From NCBI GenBank assembly GCA_013265495.1, contig MU058065.1, forward strand, positions 870,001 to 934,000: a stretch of DNA of 64,000 nucleotides. Reading direction: 5' to 3'. The position numbers were made by a program, and so were the translations under genes. Positions within the stretch are counted from its first letter, which is position 1, and each line of letters opens with the position of its first letter. Below, piece by piece: positions 1 through 13,768 of this stretch. This stretch comes from Vicugna vicugna. Lineage: Eukaryota. Under the pieces are notes generated by a model. It worked only from the letters and a program-made list of their open reading frames with translations. It was not told the origin of the DNA and ran no database searches.

Positions 1-139
1 CTGTGGCTCAAAAATGTTTCAGAAATACTCTCAGTGTGTTTGAAACAGCATATTAGATTGTGCTAACATTGGGCTTCTTGGTATATTTTAACTGGTTTTA
101 ATAGAGAAGTTATAGTTAATCTGTGCTACTGTTTTCAGA

Positions 140-360
140 ATTAATATTTATTGGAGATGTGCCACATTCTAGGCACTCTCCTGAACGCTCTACTTGTGTT
201 ATCTCTTGCAGACTTTATGGTAGGATAAAGTAGGAATTGACTCCATTCTCATTTAATGAATAAGAAACTCAAGGTTCAGTGAATCTATGTTACTTTTTAT
301 GGTCATGTGGTTTGTACATTGTGGCATCAGAATCTGAGGCCAGGTCTTTTCTCAATAGAA
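140..360 (-). mobile_element. MIR SINE, degenerate
   Basis: Reverse-orientation MIR core-like ccattctcatttaatgaataagaaactcaaggttcag. Confidence 0.6.
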
Positions 361-889
361 AGTCCTTGTGATCCTTGCACCTAACATGTTTAAGGAGGAA
401 ATGATGCAACAATAATGCTTTCCTGAACTGGAGAAGCTGGACAAAATCATAAGTAATCATGGATTTATAAATAATATATTAAAAAGCTAAAATACTAGAT
501 TGGATTCTAGCATCATTGGGAGGCCAGGAAAATCTGTTTAGTTCAACAAATACTCTATATCACTGATTCTTAGTACAGTATTATTCTTCCTGTGAAGTCT
601 TTCCAAAATTTCTCTCAATGAGACATACGTCCCAACTATCTGCAGCTCTTTATAGGAAAATCCTAGTTGTTAAGGATTCTGCTGGGTGCCATACGTGGCA
701 TTAAATTTCCTTCACGGTATTAAAGCAGCAAAAGAAGCCATGATTATCTTTGGGAGAATAGAGATGAAATAAGAATCAAGTACCTGATCCACAGCTTGGA
801 TACCCATAGAAGATCCCATAATGGATAGTATGGGATATTAAGTGAGTGGAAATGCATGCATTATTATCAGGAGAGGCACCTGGGGTATT

Positions 890-1370
890 ATAAATTGATG
901 TAGTAAAATCCTTTTGGAAAGCAATTTGGCAACCTGTCTGAAAAGCTATAAAAACCTTTATACCTTTTGACCTGGTAATACCTCTCCAGAGAATTTATCC
1001 TAAGGAGATAATTTAAAAGAGGAACACAACTATATGCATAAAATTATTAATTACAGCATTAACTCTCCCAGTGGAAAGAATGGAAGCAACCGAAATAACC
1101 AACAATAGAAGGGTAGTAAATGAGACATTAAATAAACAAACAGAAAAATCAGGTGGCTATGACACTTGTAATTGGGAATACTGAAGCAACGTGAAAAACA
1201 TCTGCAATGAAGTTAGTGAAAATGAAGGGTACAAAATTGCAGGTATTTAGTGGTTAAGCCTTTATAAAAAGAGATGTACATATGGGTAAAGATTTTAAGG
1301 GAAGTAAAAAAAATGCAAACAGTTATTTATTATAATAGTGGGATTCAGAGTGAAATCAGTCCCCTATTGA
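890..1370 (+). mobile_element. Old L1 (L1ME-like) 3' fragment
   Basis: ttttggaaagcaatttggca...cttttgacctggtaatacctctccagagaatttatcctaagg resembles the L1M ORF2 end and 3' UTR. Confidence 0.65.
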
Positions 1371-1939
1371 CATATTGCCTTAATGCTCTCAGAACACTGT
1401 ATGTAATAACTAAAAATCAGGAAAAAAGGACTTGTGCTAAGTCTTATGCATTCATCCTGTTTCCAGGGTGCTCATCAGAGATCTGAGACAAAGGACTAGT
1501 GGTTACCTGTACTCATTGTACTGATGCTTTTAAACTTGCCCTAGGTCATTTAACCATTTTGAGTTATTATGATTTATTAAGATAAGGCTAGCAAGTATGA
1601 TTTTTTAAATTGCGTATTCATTAAATACTTTAAGTTGTCTCTTGTTTTCTGTTGGATTTTTAGCTAAATTCCTAACTGGGTCTAATTTAGTTTTTCCCAT
1701 TTTCAAAACGCTATTTGTGAGAACGTGAATACATCAAGTACACTTTTTCTCATTTTAAATTATTTGTTGGGGATCTAATATATTCAGGGTACTATAACTC
1801 TCTTCTATGTCTACAGGAGAAAATTCCTTATATTGTAATTAAGAAATGTCAAAATTCACAGGCTTGACCCTTGATTCTCCCATAAAACCTTCCTTCATGC
1901 AGCCAAGAAGCAGCACTTGCCAACCACAGCATCCTGCCC

Positions 1940-2325
1940 ACACTTTCTCAGATCTGTGCCTTTGCAAGCCAAAATTTTTATTCAAGCCGAGAAAACTTCC
2001 TTTCTGTGGCCCCTAGTTATTTAAGTCCTATTTATGTGTCAAGGACCAACTGAGACCTTTTCTCCTACTGTGAAGCTGTTCCAGAAAATTCTACCCTGAC
2101 TGACCTCTCCCTCCTTTGAGATCCTCTATCACTGCAATTTGACATAATTTACATGGCTAGTTTGTATTATTATTTCACTCTCAATGCTATATACGTCTAT
2201 TTGTATGTCTGTATTTCAACAATAACAACAGATTGTTAGGTCTACAAAGGCAGGGAACAAAAACCCTAGACCTTAAAAAAGTAGCTGTAAGTAAACGACT
2301 ACTGAATACATGGTAGTTAAATGAC
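1940..2325 (+). mobile_element. L2 3' fragment
   Basis: Degenerate L2 3'-end motifs (gggcagggaac-like) ending in a tgaat-like tail. Confidence 0.5.
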
Positions 2326-2696
2326 ATTGGTGACGTACTTAAGAAACATTTGGCATTGGCTTTGAAACTCACTGAGTTCTGGGTTCTCCCAAACTTTATC
2401 TAATACTCCGATTATAACATTTTACCCATGAATGACATGTTTGCAAAATCATCTTGACATCCCTCTTCCTTTGAGAAGTAAGGTTCTTGGACTCTGAGGT
2501 ATGGTCCATGCATTCTCCCTTTTTGTGTATTCTGAATATGAGTATAATTTTTGTCACAGATAGGTTCACTGGTATTTGCTGAATATATGCATCAATCAAT
2601 TGACTTCATTTTCTTTAAAGATCTTACTATTATGTATTGAGATTTTAAAAAGCATAGTATCCTCTTGGAAGCAGAGTTGAAAAATAAAATAATTAC

Positions 2697-2736
2697 AATA
2701 AAATAAAATAAAATAAAATAAAATAAAATAAAATAA
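2697..2736. repeat. (AAAAT)n microsatellite
   Basis: Direct reading: aataaaataaaataaaata... Confidence 0.95.
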
Positions 2737-4309
2737 ACAGGAAAGGAAGAACCAAACACTTCTCAAAGGCTCATTTTGTGCCTGGACAGATGTTTTAATA
2801 TACATTCGTTATTTCAATAATAACAGTAATGCCTACATGCTTTGAGTGTTTAATATGTGCTGAGCACATTTTCAAGAGCTTTACCCATAGAATTATATTT
2901 AATTCTCACAATGCCAAGGGATAGGCACAATTATTCTCCATCGCCGCCAGGATTCAAATAAGGAATCAACAATTGGTGAGATATTTCCAACCAAGCAGTT
3001 TGGGATGGTGTAAAAGCTAGAAAAATTAAACATTTCCAGAAGATGACAAACCAGAGAGAAATAGTAAAGTTTAATATAAATTTAATTCAGTTATAAAGGT
3101 GAAATTGGAGACTTCAGCTGTTTCTTGAAAAATGTATTTCATGCATCTTTATATATTTTTTTCATTAAACTGATGGTTTCATTGAGGCCAGCATATAAAT
3201 CTATAGAAAACAATTTGATGTAAAATGTAAAATAATTGGATTTAGGGTGGTTCCTCTAACTTAAAGAGGCGTTATATCCTTCAAAAGGATAAAATAGAAT
3301 GTATACAACCTAAGTTACCTTTCCAGTTCTTAAATATTTTACATCATTTGATAAAACATCAACCTGTTTATTGTGGATCAGACATTTTTACAGCCTGATT
3401 CAAATTGCATTCAGGGAACGGTATGAATCAGATTACTTATGGAGAATTAATCTTAAGATTTACTTTTTCTCTGGAGTGTTGATGAGCAAACACTTTTTTA
3501 AAATCTAGAAAATAGCATTTCTAGACTTCAAGGTGATACTGGTTGATTTATCTATTTTATTAGAGGTTATAAATAACTAAGTAGATCAAGCTGATATTTG
3601 ACAGTTCCCATGTTTAGCTGATAAAATGAACCAATTTCCCATCAGAATTTTTGTAACTAAATAAATAATTGTGCCGTATGGTGTAAAATCATTTTAGAAA
3701 CACCCAAAACCTTCACAGTAACCTTACTATGTCACTAATGGTTAGAAATTTTGTATTCACTTAAATATATTTCAAGCAAAATAAATAACCATGACTTTAT
3801 TTAATTCCTGAGTAGAAGATGCTAAGTGATTCAACTTCCCAGCAGTGATACCTTGATTAATTCATCCTCTGGGAAGGAGGCTCAGGATTGTTTATATGAG
3901 CTCAACTGTTTTAACTAAAAACATCGATTGGAGGATGAAAGAAATCTTTCTAAGTGAAATGTCAAGCATTAACAAACCAGAGGAGGGGGGGTTTCTGTTG
4001 CTGTTTATTTTTTCCTTTCCGTGAAGGCCCTGGAGTAACAATGAGTTTGTCTGACACACCCAGAAAACAACAGAAAACAAGCCCGATTTTGTCCTTATTT
4101 GGAAAAACTGAGCATGGTGACCACAGTGATTCATGTTTTCTCGCTTCCAACCTCTGAGTCTTCTTTTCCAACCTCAAAAGACCACCACTGATGGGAGAGA
4201 GAAGGAAAGAAGGATGACCCTAGAGCCTGGAGCTGCACACCAGGAGTCAGCATAGGCTGTGTAAAGAGAGCATGTTCTGGAGTCCGGGTACCCATGTTTT
4301 AAAATGTAT

Positions 4310-4560
4310 ATTGTTTAGTAAATACCTTTATGGGTCTGGTTATATTCTAGGCATAGCTCTAAGTGCCTGGCTAATGTTTACTAACTTTATCCTTACAGCA
4401 ATTCAGAAGAGGGAGGTACTCTTCATATACCCATTTTACATACAAAGAAACTGAGGCACACAAAGGTTAAGCAACAGGCCTAAAATCACAAAGCCAGAAA
4501 GTGGCAGAGACTGGACCGAAGTGCTGTGGGTAGAGTGTGTAATCTTCACCACCAGTATGC
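4310..4560 (-). mobile_element. MIR SINE
   Basis: cccattttacatacaaagaaactgaggcacacaaaggttaagcaac...gtggcagag is the reverse MIR core. Confidence 0.8.
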
Positions 4561-4599
4561 AAGGCCGTCTCCCTAGATATTGGCCAAGCCATCTGATGG

Positions 4600-4700
4600 C
4601 CAGATCCTCTTGGGCACTTCATCCCTCTGAACTTCAGTCTCTTCCACGGAAAAACTGGAGCAGTATGTTTGGTCAATGGCTGTTGTGAGGATGCAAACAC
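4600..4700 (+). mobile_element. MIR fragment
   Basis: cttgggcacttcatccctctgaacttcagtctc...ggctgttgtgaggatg. Confidence 0.55.
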
Positions 4701-6694
4701 TTCCTGATGCTCTCATTCCTCATGAATATCTTCCCAGCAATCTGTTTCTCCAGGTACTGCTCCACCCAGGTTTCCCCTGGACTCAGTCATCATATTTTCC
4801 ATTTCAAATTACATATGCATTTGGGGCACACTGAACATTATTAGAGTTAGTATTCAATTGCATTTTCATACAATTAACACAGTATTTCTAAAGCATATCC
4901 TAATAAGCCTTACTTATTTTGTACCTAGCTCGTTAGACTAGTAGCAGCATCAGGGAAGGCAAGCATGTCTGACCTACTGTAAATCAGGTCCCAGTGCCCA
5001 CAGAGGACCTGGGATGTGGGAGGAATTCAGTAAGTATGATTTCATGATGGGGTGAGTGAACGGTTTTCCTACTATCTAGAAAATGTTCACCAACAACATG
5101 TGCTAATAAATGCATCTTTGTTAATAGGCATGCTATAATAATGATAACATGTCCTAGGAAAAGTCAAGTAAAATCAAAATTGTGCAAACGGAAAACAAAA
5201 TTAAAGCTCAAAGCATTTGACAAATCTTTATGTTATTGATATACCAAATTGACATCTTTTCCCTTTGAGAGAAAAATGTGAATTAAGTCTAGTGGGCTAA
5301 GGACGTGGTTAAAATGAGAACCACCAATCAATAAAACAAAAATAAACCAAAAATAACACCAGCAACCGAAATCACAAAGCACTTAATCTTGTCAGACGGC
5401 CCCGAGAACTAACTGCCAGAGCCAAGTGCTTCAGAGGCTGATCCCACTTTGGTAGCTGAAGGTAAAGAAAATCTCCACACATGATTATCAAGCATCTTAA
5501 ACACCCAAGTCTCACCTTAGATTGAGCTCAGGAGATAAAGGGTTGTCCAGTATAGCCACTGCTCACAAATACAGTGGCTCTATTTGGCCGTGTCTGCAAG
5601 TCCATGGTTCTCCTTGTGTCTTGCCTGTGATTCCAATTTCTACAACTCAAATTCAGAACTAGATATAAAATTAAATCTTAAAGGCAAAATTGTCATGCAC
5701 CTTTATATTTTTAAGCTGAGAAATTTTATAAGAAGCAGACTGGTTTTCTTATGCTTTAGTTTGTAAGTTTAAAAACTTACACTTTTTACTCATTCATACC
5801 CCAGCAAGCTGGACATATATAAAACAGATTACTAAGCTGTTTGACAATATGTTGACTCACCATGTTAAAAAAAAAAAAGAAAGAAAAATAAAAATACATG
5901 GAATCTTTCTAAATTAAGAATGAACAGAAGGAAACAAATGCTTTTGCAAAATGGGCTTGAAGGCAAAACCAAAGATAAATGTGTGTTTAAATTTACTTGT
6001 GGGTAAGGCTCCCATCTTAAATATTTGAAGTATTCTGGCCTCCGGGCACCTGTTCAAGTTTGTGCTGATTCTCCCCCAGGCAGCTGCCTACTTTCCTCTG
6101 CCTCAGGCTGGTCCTGAACGTGGTCCAGGATGAATTGCTGATGAGCAAGGTCAGCTGGTGCTAAATGACAGGTGTTGGTTCCTGGCTGCCGTCAGTGGGG
6201 TGGAATATTTAACAGAGGGAAAGAAAGGAGCCATCAAACACTTGCTCCTCAAATTTAGCTTTTTAATGTGTGTGCTCTAAATAAAAGGTATATACTAGAA
6301 AAGTAATAGGTCACTATCAGGCTTAAAGAAAAGTTTTTTATTAATGAGTGCACAATTGTAGACAATGGTAGCACAACAAAGAAGACACCACTATTGGGGT
6401 TTGAGGCATTATACAAAGTCCAGTAATGCACAGGACACACTCCTTGACCACTAAAGCCTTGAATCCAGGTGGGTGGGTTGACCCGATGGCCCAGAGTCAG
6501 GAAGAACTGCAAGATCTCACTGTGTCAGCCTTTAGATCCCAGTCCATGGGTCACTGACTGACAGGGTAGACATGGAGTGTCCATAAGAGTATGAAGCTAG
6601 CAATGGTGCCTCCACAACCAGTTGGCCACAGAAATGCTCCAATTCTCATCCTAGAATCCAGTGAGATTTTTCTGGGTGGAAATACAGTGTATCT

Positions 6695-6980
6695 CAGGAA
6701 TTGGCAAACTATGACCCACAGGCCAAATTCAGCCTACAGTCTATTTTGATGCATTCATGATCTAAAAATGGTTTTTGCATTTTATGTGGTTAAAAGGAAT
6801 CACAAGAAGAAGGCTATTCAATGGCATGTGAAAATTATATGAAATTCAAATTGTAACTCAGCCACACATCCACTTGTTTACATTGTGTATGGCGGCTTTT
6901 CTGACTGAGTGGTTGTGACAGAGACTGTAAGGGCTGAAAATACTTACTGCCTGGCCCTTTACTCAAAATTGTGGCCAACA
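6695..6980 (+). mobile_element. MER58-like hAT-Charlie DNA transposon relic
   Basis: Starts caggaattggcaaactatgacccacaggccaaattcagcc, contains gaaaattatatgaaattcaaatt and ends tgcctggccctttac. Confidence 0.8.
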
Positions 6981-7009
6981 AACATATAGCATAGGGTATG
7001 CTATACTGG

Positions 7010-7190
7010 TACAGCCTCTGACCAGCTGTGGTATTGGGTAATTTACTAAGACACTCAGCCTCAGTTTGCTTATCTGTAAGGGAATATTAATACTAACTGT
7101 AAGGGAATATTAATACTAACTGCAGGGTTGTTGGGGATAGTACATGAGATATAGTGTCATAAAGAAGCTGCCATAATGGCAGTAAGTGGT
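7010..7190 (+). mobile_element. MIR SINE carrying a perfect 23-nt tandem duplication
   Basis: cagcctcagtttgcttatctgtaag...gggttgttggggat. The unit ctgtaagggaatattaatactaa occurs at 7074-7096 and 7097-7119. Confidence 0.75.
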
Positions 7191-7320
7191 TTCTGTTTTT
7201 ATTCTTAATGGAATTGGAGACAGAAGAGCATTTCCTGGTCTCTGTGTTATGATTCTAAATAATGGGAGAAGCTACCAGGCTCTCTGGGGTTCCGGGCTAC
7301 CTGAGAGTATTTTGGATGTT

Positions 7321-7700
7321 ATCTTAGTCAGCAATCCATTCCATAACAAAATGCTGCAGACCAGGTGGCTTAAAAAACAGAAATTTACTTCTCACAGTTC
7401 TGTAGGCTAGGAAGTCCCACGGTTTGGGCACCCGCATGGTAAAGTTCTAGTGAAAGCTCTCTTCTTGGCTTGCAGATAGATGTCCATCTTCTCATTATAT
7501 TCTCACGTGGTAGAGAGAGAGAGAGAAAGACAGAGAGTGAGAGCACTCCAGTGTTTCTCCTTCTTCTTTTAAGGAAATTTATCCCGCCATGGGGCTCTGT
7601 CGCCATTACCTCATCTAAACCTAATTGCCTCCCCCAGATTCCACCTCCAAACACCATCCCATTGGGGATTAGGATTTCAACACGTGAATGGGGGCAGGGG
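7321..7700 (-). mobile_element. MaLR solo LTR (MLT1A/B-like)
   Basis: tcttagtc...ggtggcttaaaaaacagaaatttacttctcacagttctg...ggggattaggatttcaacacgtgaat is the reverse MLT1 consensus. Confidence 0.85.
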
Positions 7701-9480
7701 GAGCTCTATGGCCGTACCAGATGTTGAGGTTGAGTGCCCAGCAGCTGTTCCCCATTTCTTCAACGGGGAGCAGCATTTAATTTCACACCAGCTTTGGGAA
7801 AGAACTCTCATTAGTCTTAACCGGTTGGGCACTCCCCCTTTGTCAGAGAGGGACATTTTCAATTATCTCAGTGACTGTAAGGTGCCACTACATTGACTGG
7901 CAGAAACAACAACAAATATGTATATATAAATTTTTTTCATACAATAAAGAAATACCATACCCCACAACTCAACACCACCACTTATGAGATCACGTTTTTC
8001 CTGTGGAGAGTGATAAGCAGATGTAAAGCCTAAAACTGCAGGGGAACTTTATGAACATCATTCCATGACCCGGCAATCCAGTTCCAGGTAAAAGGAACAG
8101 CGGAGAGCAAAGCAGAGTCACAACAATCAGACCACAAACAGCACCCTAGGTGAGCCGTGACTCTCACATTTCCTACCTGTGAGCTTCTCAGTCCTTCAGA
8201 GATCAAGTCACTTCAAGTTAGATTTCTTGAATTTCCCCCCAAAGATCAAATAATTACTGCAGTTGGTAACTGTCCATAGATTCGGGTTGAAAGTAGACCC
8301 CCCTTTATTGCTCACGTGGCCAGTAGACAATCAGGACACAGTGACTCATCAGTGCACTAAACTTCTGTATGTTGAGATCTGTTTACAGTGTATAAATATC
8401 TCACGTATGTTGCTTAACAAACTGGACTTTTTACTTAGGGCAGCTGTGCTAAGCTCTGTGCTCAAGCTGTGGGAGATGCAAAGATGAGTCAAGCACATGA
8501 TTAGACCTCAAGGACTTAATGACCTCGTGGAGAAGAACAACGTATAAACTGCATGAGAGATTAAAATAGAAGGCAGAACAAAGAGAGGTGTAGATTCAAC
8601 ATGGTATTAGAACCGAAGGAGAGAGTTACTGCCCCCGTTAGATCCTCACAACAGCTCTGTGGGGGACACAGAACAGATGTTTTCATCTTCCTTGTTACAG
8701 ATTAGAAGGTTCTAAAGGGTCCAGGGTGACTGGGCTAATTAGTGATACGTTAATTGAACTCAGTGATTTTGGCCTGAAGCCCAATATTCTCTCCATTCTT
8801 CCACGAAATTTCTTAAAGAGAATAACCTCATATTAAAAAGGCTATTGTGTATTAAACATTTCATAAAGGACTGACATATAGGAACCCGGCGCACCTTGTC
8901 AAGGAACAAAATGAGAAATGAACAAGCTAACAGAAAGCAGTGGGCGGGCACTACGAACAACCTGAAGTCACCTGTTCCCATCAAGGGGAGACCAGACCAC
9001 CACTCAGTTCATTATCAGCTGATATTGTCAGGATTTTCCACTTTTAAGAGATTCATAAATCTAAATTGTACATGAAATTTTATAAAGTGTTTTTTAACGT
9101 TTTGTCGTTCCAACCTCCAAGATACACACTGACCCTGCCCGCTTCCCTCTATTTCTTTGCAACAGCCTCCTCCGTGATCTTCTTGATGCCAGTGGCATCT
9201 TTTCTTAGACATCTTCCCAACAGCAGTCAGGGTGATCCGTTGAAAAACAAAGGCTGTCATCTCCTTATCCACCCTAAACACTCAGCAATCAGGATTTGAT
9301 CATAGATGCCCAGCCACCCGGGGTATTATAGGAATCCTTGACCCATTACACAAATGTGGGAGAAGTTAGGGATGGGAAGGAGATAGAAACTGAAATTAAA
9401 ACAAACAAACAAACAAACAAACAGAAAGAGAGTCATTGACCCATCACCTAATGCACTGGTGTGTTTAGAAACCTAAATCC

Positions 9481-9483
<3 letters not shown>

Positions 9484-9516
<33 letters not shown>
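9484..9516. repeat. (TG)n microsatellite
   Basis: Direct reading. Confidence 0.95.
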
Positions 9517-9518
<2 letters not shown>

Positions 9519-10567
9519 TTACATATGCTTATATGTGTGTGTATAAACACATATACACATGTATATTTTCAATAATTATCTTTATTTTATATGAAGTCCT
9601 GTTACATAATTCATCACATTATGGATATGTGTAAATCTATCAAAATTAAAAAATATATAGACATAGCTATAGTTGTAGGTATGTCAGTATTTGTATAAGA
9701 AGGTTCAACCCTGAATATCTGATGGAATTCTGACCCTGGCACACCAGATGGTCAGCATCTCCACAAAGCTCATTTCTAGCTGGAGATGCTACATTCTACA
9801 TTTCAAACAAGTGACCAGATCGCCCATGATTTTCCCAAGGCATCATCACGGGGATCATTTTTTTATTCAAAGACCAATGTTTCAAACTAGAAAGTTCACG
9901 TCAAACAGTTAACAAATCAATGTTATCCTAAGAACCAAAGCACCTTGCTCGGAAGTTGCCTGCGCCTTTCCGCCTATTCAGTATTTAAAGGTGTCTTGTT
10001 CATTAACTAGAGAGTCACCTCATCTAATTGCAGGTGTTCAGGCTTCACAGACAATTTGGCCTCCTGAGTCTTTGTACATTTTATTTCCTGAGATTATGGG
10101 GAGTGAGAAATCCCATCTAACCCTCTCACGGGATCCCTAGACTCTGAAACTATTAAAGATTTGAAATAACCGTGGAGCAGCCTCTGGAGCAGGCTGCTTT
10201 GATGGAGTACCAGACTGCTCAGAGGGACGCTTAGAGAATTCCATTTCTTCGCCATTTGCCCTCACAGGGTCTGATACAATGCGTGTGTGTAATAAATATT
10301 TGTTGGATAAACAATGGAACAGAATGAATGAAAATAAACCAAGGTTAATATGGATATGGGATTCTCCAGAATTTGGAGCATTCCTTTGTGTTGGGGCCAA
10401 GCAATAGTAGAATTTAACACCAAGGCATTTTCTATTTTTCACTCCACATGCAGTGTCCTCCAGAAAGCAGAGTTGGGTTAGCACCAAGTATGTGCAAGGC
10501 AGGGAGACCCATTAGCCATTCTGTCTGCATTACTGGCATACGAACATCAGGTCAGATAATCCTTCTT

Positions 10568-11111
10568 TATATATACGTATTTATTTTATTGAAGTATAGT
10601 CCGTTTACAATGTTGTGTCAATTTCTGGTCTATAGCATAATGCTTCAGTCATACATGAACATACATACATTCTTCTCATGTTCTTTTTCACCGTAAGTTA
10701 CTACAAGATATTGAATATTATTCCCTGTGTCATACAGTATAAACTTGTTTATCTATTGTATATATATATATTAGTTAGTATCTACAAATCTAGAACTCCC
10801 AATTTATCCTTTTCTATCCCCTTCCCCCCTGGTAACTGCAAGTTTGTTTTCTATGTCTGTGAATCTGTTTCTGATTTGTAAATAAGTTCGTTTGTCTCAT
10901 TTTTTTAGATTCCACATATAAGTGATACCATATGGTATTTTTTTTTCTCTTTCTGGCCTACCTCACTTAGAATGACAATCTCCAGGTCCATCCATGTTGC
11001 TGCAAATGGCATTATTTTATTACTTTTATCACCAACTAGTATTCCATTGTATAAATATACCACAGCTTCTTTATCCAGGCACCCATGGATGAACAGTTAG
11101 GTTGCTTCTAC
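10568..11111 (-). mobile_element. Young 5'-truncated L1 3' end (artiodactyl/camelid type) with target-site duplication
   Basis: ttattgaagtatagtccgtttacaatgttgtg...gattccacatataagtgat...ccatccatgttgctgcaaatggc. TSD tcagataa(t/c)ccttctt at 10552-10567 and 11112-11127. Confidence 0.9.
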
Positions 11112-12249
11112 TCAGATAACCCTTCTTCATGTGTCCTTATTCTTCACATACTAGGCACTTAATCCAGGATGTTAACATCTTTTTTATGGACACAACCCCT
11201 GTCAAACCCAGCAACTCTTGGCAAGATCCGCTCTCATAACGTTGTGCTGTTAGGCACACTGTGGTGGGCGCTGCCTCATTCTCATATTCTGTCCACGAAA
11301 TCACACACGAAATACGCAAGGAGTAACAGTCCAAGCTTCAGGCAAAGATATTTTCTTTAATATTTATCTACGGAGAAATTTAAGAAACAGCAAAGTTTGA
11401 TACCTTAGGATAGATGAGAACTAAATTAAAGCCTCATCTTGTTCCTGTCCCTGTTACAAATCAAAAACATACTGAGAGCTTTAATGTCTTTGGACATTAA
11501 ATTACGTGCATGTCAAATTTTATAACTGATCATAACTCATTTCAAAACAACACAGGGATTTCTCCCCAGCTGAATAATTGGTGCTGTACATTGTGAATGC
11601 CAAGTGGAAAGACAAAAAGAGTGACAATCTTACAGATAATGTGGGTAGCAGAGTAAAACTTGTGGATGCCTGTCAAGCAGTACAGCGGCTTCCGTTTTTT
11701 CTTTTAGACGTGTTTGAAATTAAGTCAACACAAGAACAGCCTAGGAAAATCTGTCTCATGGGCTACCAAAGCATAAATATAAAAAGTACAATATAAATAT
11801 AATACAGGAGATTGGAGTCTTTCTTTTCTTTTGTTACAGATTTTGTTAACGCTGTGCAGACTTGTCTCCCTAAGAATTACTGGACAAACTTGGCTTTAAC
11901 ATTTCAAGGAAGTAGAATTTATATTTCCTATGTTTTCATTGGTTGTTCCTTCTGGATTACAGTTCTTTACGCACCTGAAGCCATACACATATACTTCTCA
12001 GGTTTTTAGCAGTTTCTTTTGACTGAGACACTGTTGTGTTCTATCATTTTTGTTTTCTATGTCTTAATTTAGTTTAAATCACTGTGGTCTAAAGCAACAT
12101 TACTGCTCTTCACGTCTCTATTTTGTTTTTATCAGTTTAAATTTTTCCTCTTTTTCTACTTCCTCTTCCTCCTCCTCTTTCTCCCTCTTTTTCCTTCTTT
12201 CATTTTATTTTCTCTTTTCACATCTTCATCTTACCTCTTTCTCATGGTC

Positions 12250-12890
12250 TACAGGAGTCTGCATGATGGACTCCTGTCTCTTGTAACCCCTTTCTGCCTC
12301 CATTTTTTTCCCCACCCATATTAAGTCTCTGGCCTTAAACTTATCATTTTTCAATTCAGAGCCCTCACATTTGCTATGTTTTTGGCCTAGAATGTTCCTT
12401 TCCAGATCGTCCCTTTTCCCACCAGAGCTATTATATATAGCTGTGTGTGGTGTACAGCACAACTCCAGGGGTAACATTCATTTAGACTACAGTGTGACTA
12501 TTTTCCCCAGTTTTACAACATAGTGGCCTGATTTTGCACACTAAGGATTTCAGACTATATATCAGATCTTCAAAGAGGCCTTTTCCCAAAACCATATCTA
12601 AAGCCCCTCTACCTATACAACCCCACCCAGTAATTCTTTCTCTCTCACCCTGTTGATTTCTTTCATAACACTTGCGAGAATCAGTAATTATTCCACATAT
12701 TTATTTGTTACATAGTGATCATATATCTTCTCTAGACCAAAGTTTCTTGAGTTTTGTGACCTCCTCTGCCTTGCTCTTAGTTGTATTTTGCAACATCTGT
12801 AATATCTTTAACGATGCCTGGCACATACCTGGCCCTTTATAAATCAGTGTTGAATAAAGAAAAAGAATGAATAAATTAGTGAATAAATTT
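12250..12890 (+). mobile_element. L2 3' region
   Basis: tgcctggcacatacc...gttgaataaag...gaatgaataaattagtgaat tail, with upstream cctagaatgttcctt motifs. Confidence 0.65.
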
Positions 12891-13289
12891 TCCTTGAACA
12901 TATCCATTTTTCTTTCTCATTACAATTAGCTATAATAAAAACCAGTCTCAAAATAATGATCTCACCATCCATCTGTTGGGTAATAAGTCATTTCCTTGGT
13001 TCCATGAATCCTTCTCTTCTTTGAAGGCTTTTGATTAAAATGCCTGTGAAATATAACCTATCATTTAACATCATTTTAACATTTTTGTTGATGTACATAA
13101 TGTGTTTGATGATGGCAGGACGCAAGTAAACTTGCGTGAAGGTTAGTCTAGGATGGTTGATGGGGGAGGAAGCAGAAGAAATTGTTATTGATGGAGAGAT
13201 AGAAGAGCCCCACAAAGATTTTCCATCTACTCTGAAATTCTAGCCAAAGCCTGACTCTTTACTGCTTAAAGGGTAATGAGATGGAGGCT

Positions 13290-13768
13290 GTCACTCATGA
13301 TGCTCTAAACTGCATCCCTTCTTCCCACCTGACTTCAGTTCAGTGATAGTGGACAGCTCCTTGCATTTTGCAGCTTTCTGCTAAGAGATTCTCTGTTTTG
13401 CTCTCTGATGACTTGAAAGGCCACTCAGCCAAGCACAGAAGCAACTCACCAGTAGAGGACAGGACGGGGGCATTAATACTCTCGGGAGCAATTTCTAACC
13501 GTGGAGGTATGAGATTTTGTGACTAAATGTCCTAGATTCTCTCCATGTCTGGTGGGACACTACTGAAGCAGTAACTCAAACTGTCAACTGAAGGGTTGAG
13601 CCACAGTTACCCGGAAGCCACTGATGCACTAGTAATTGGGTTTATCCTTTCCTAGCCTCACTTTCCCCACTTTCTCACTAGTGATTTGTGGACTCTCTTC
13701 CAAAATAAGCCATCTGGATTCAAGTATTTGCCTTACCAATTACTTTTGGGGGAACTCAAACACACAAG
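13290..13768 (+). mobile_element. ERVL solo LTR (LTR16-like)
   Basis: The 3' end ctcactttccccactttctcactagtg...ccaaaataagccatc...ttttgggggaactcaaac resembles LTR16 U5. Confidence 0.65.

Noticed and set aside
11137..11360. CpG-containing segment with exon-like peptide EYENEAAPTTVCLTAQRYES (minus strand)
   Set aside because: Poor acceptor, no donor, no recognisable homology, and downstream of the candidate poly(A) site.
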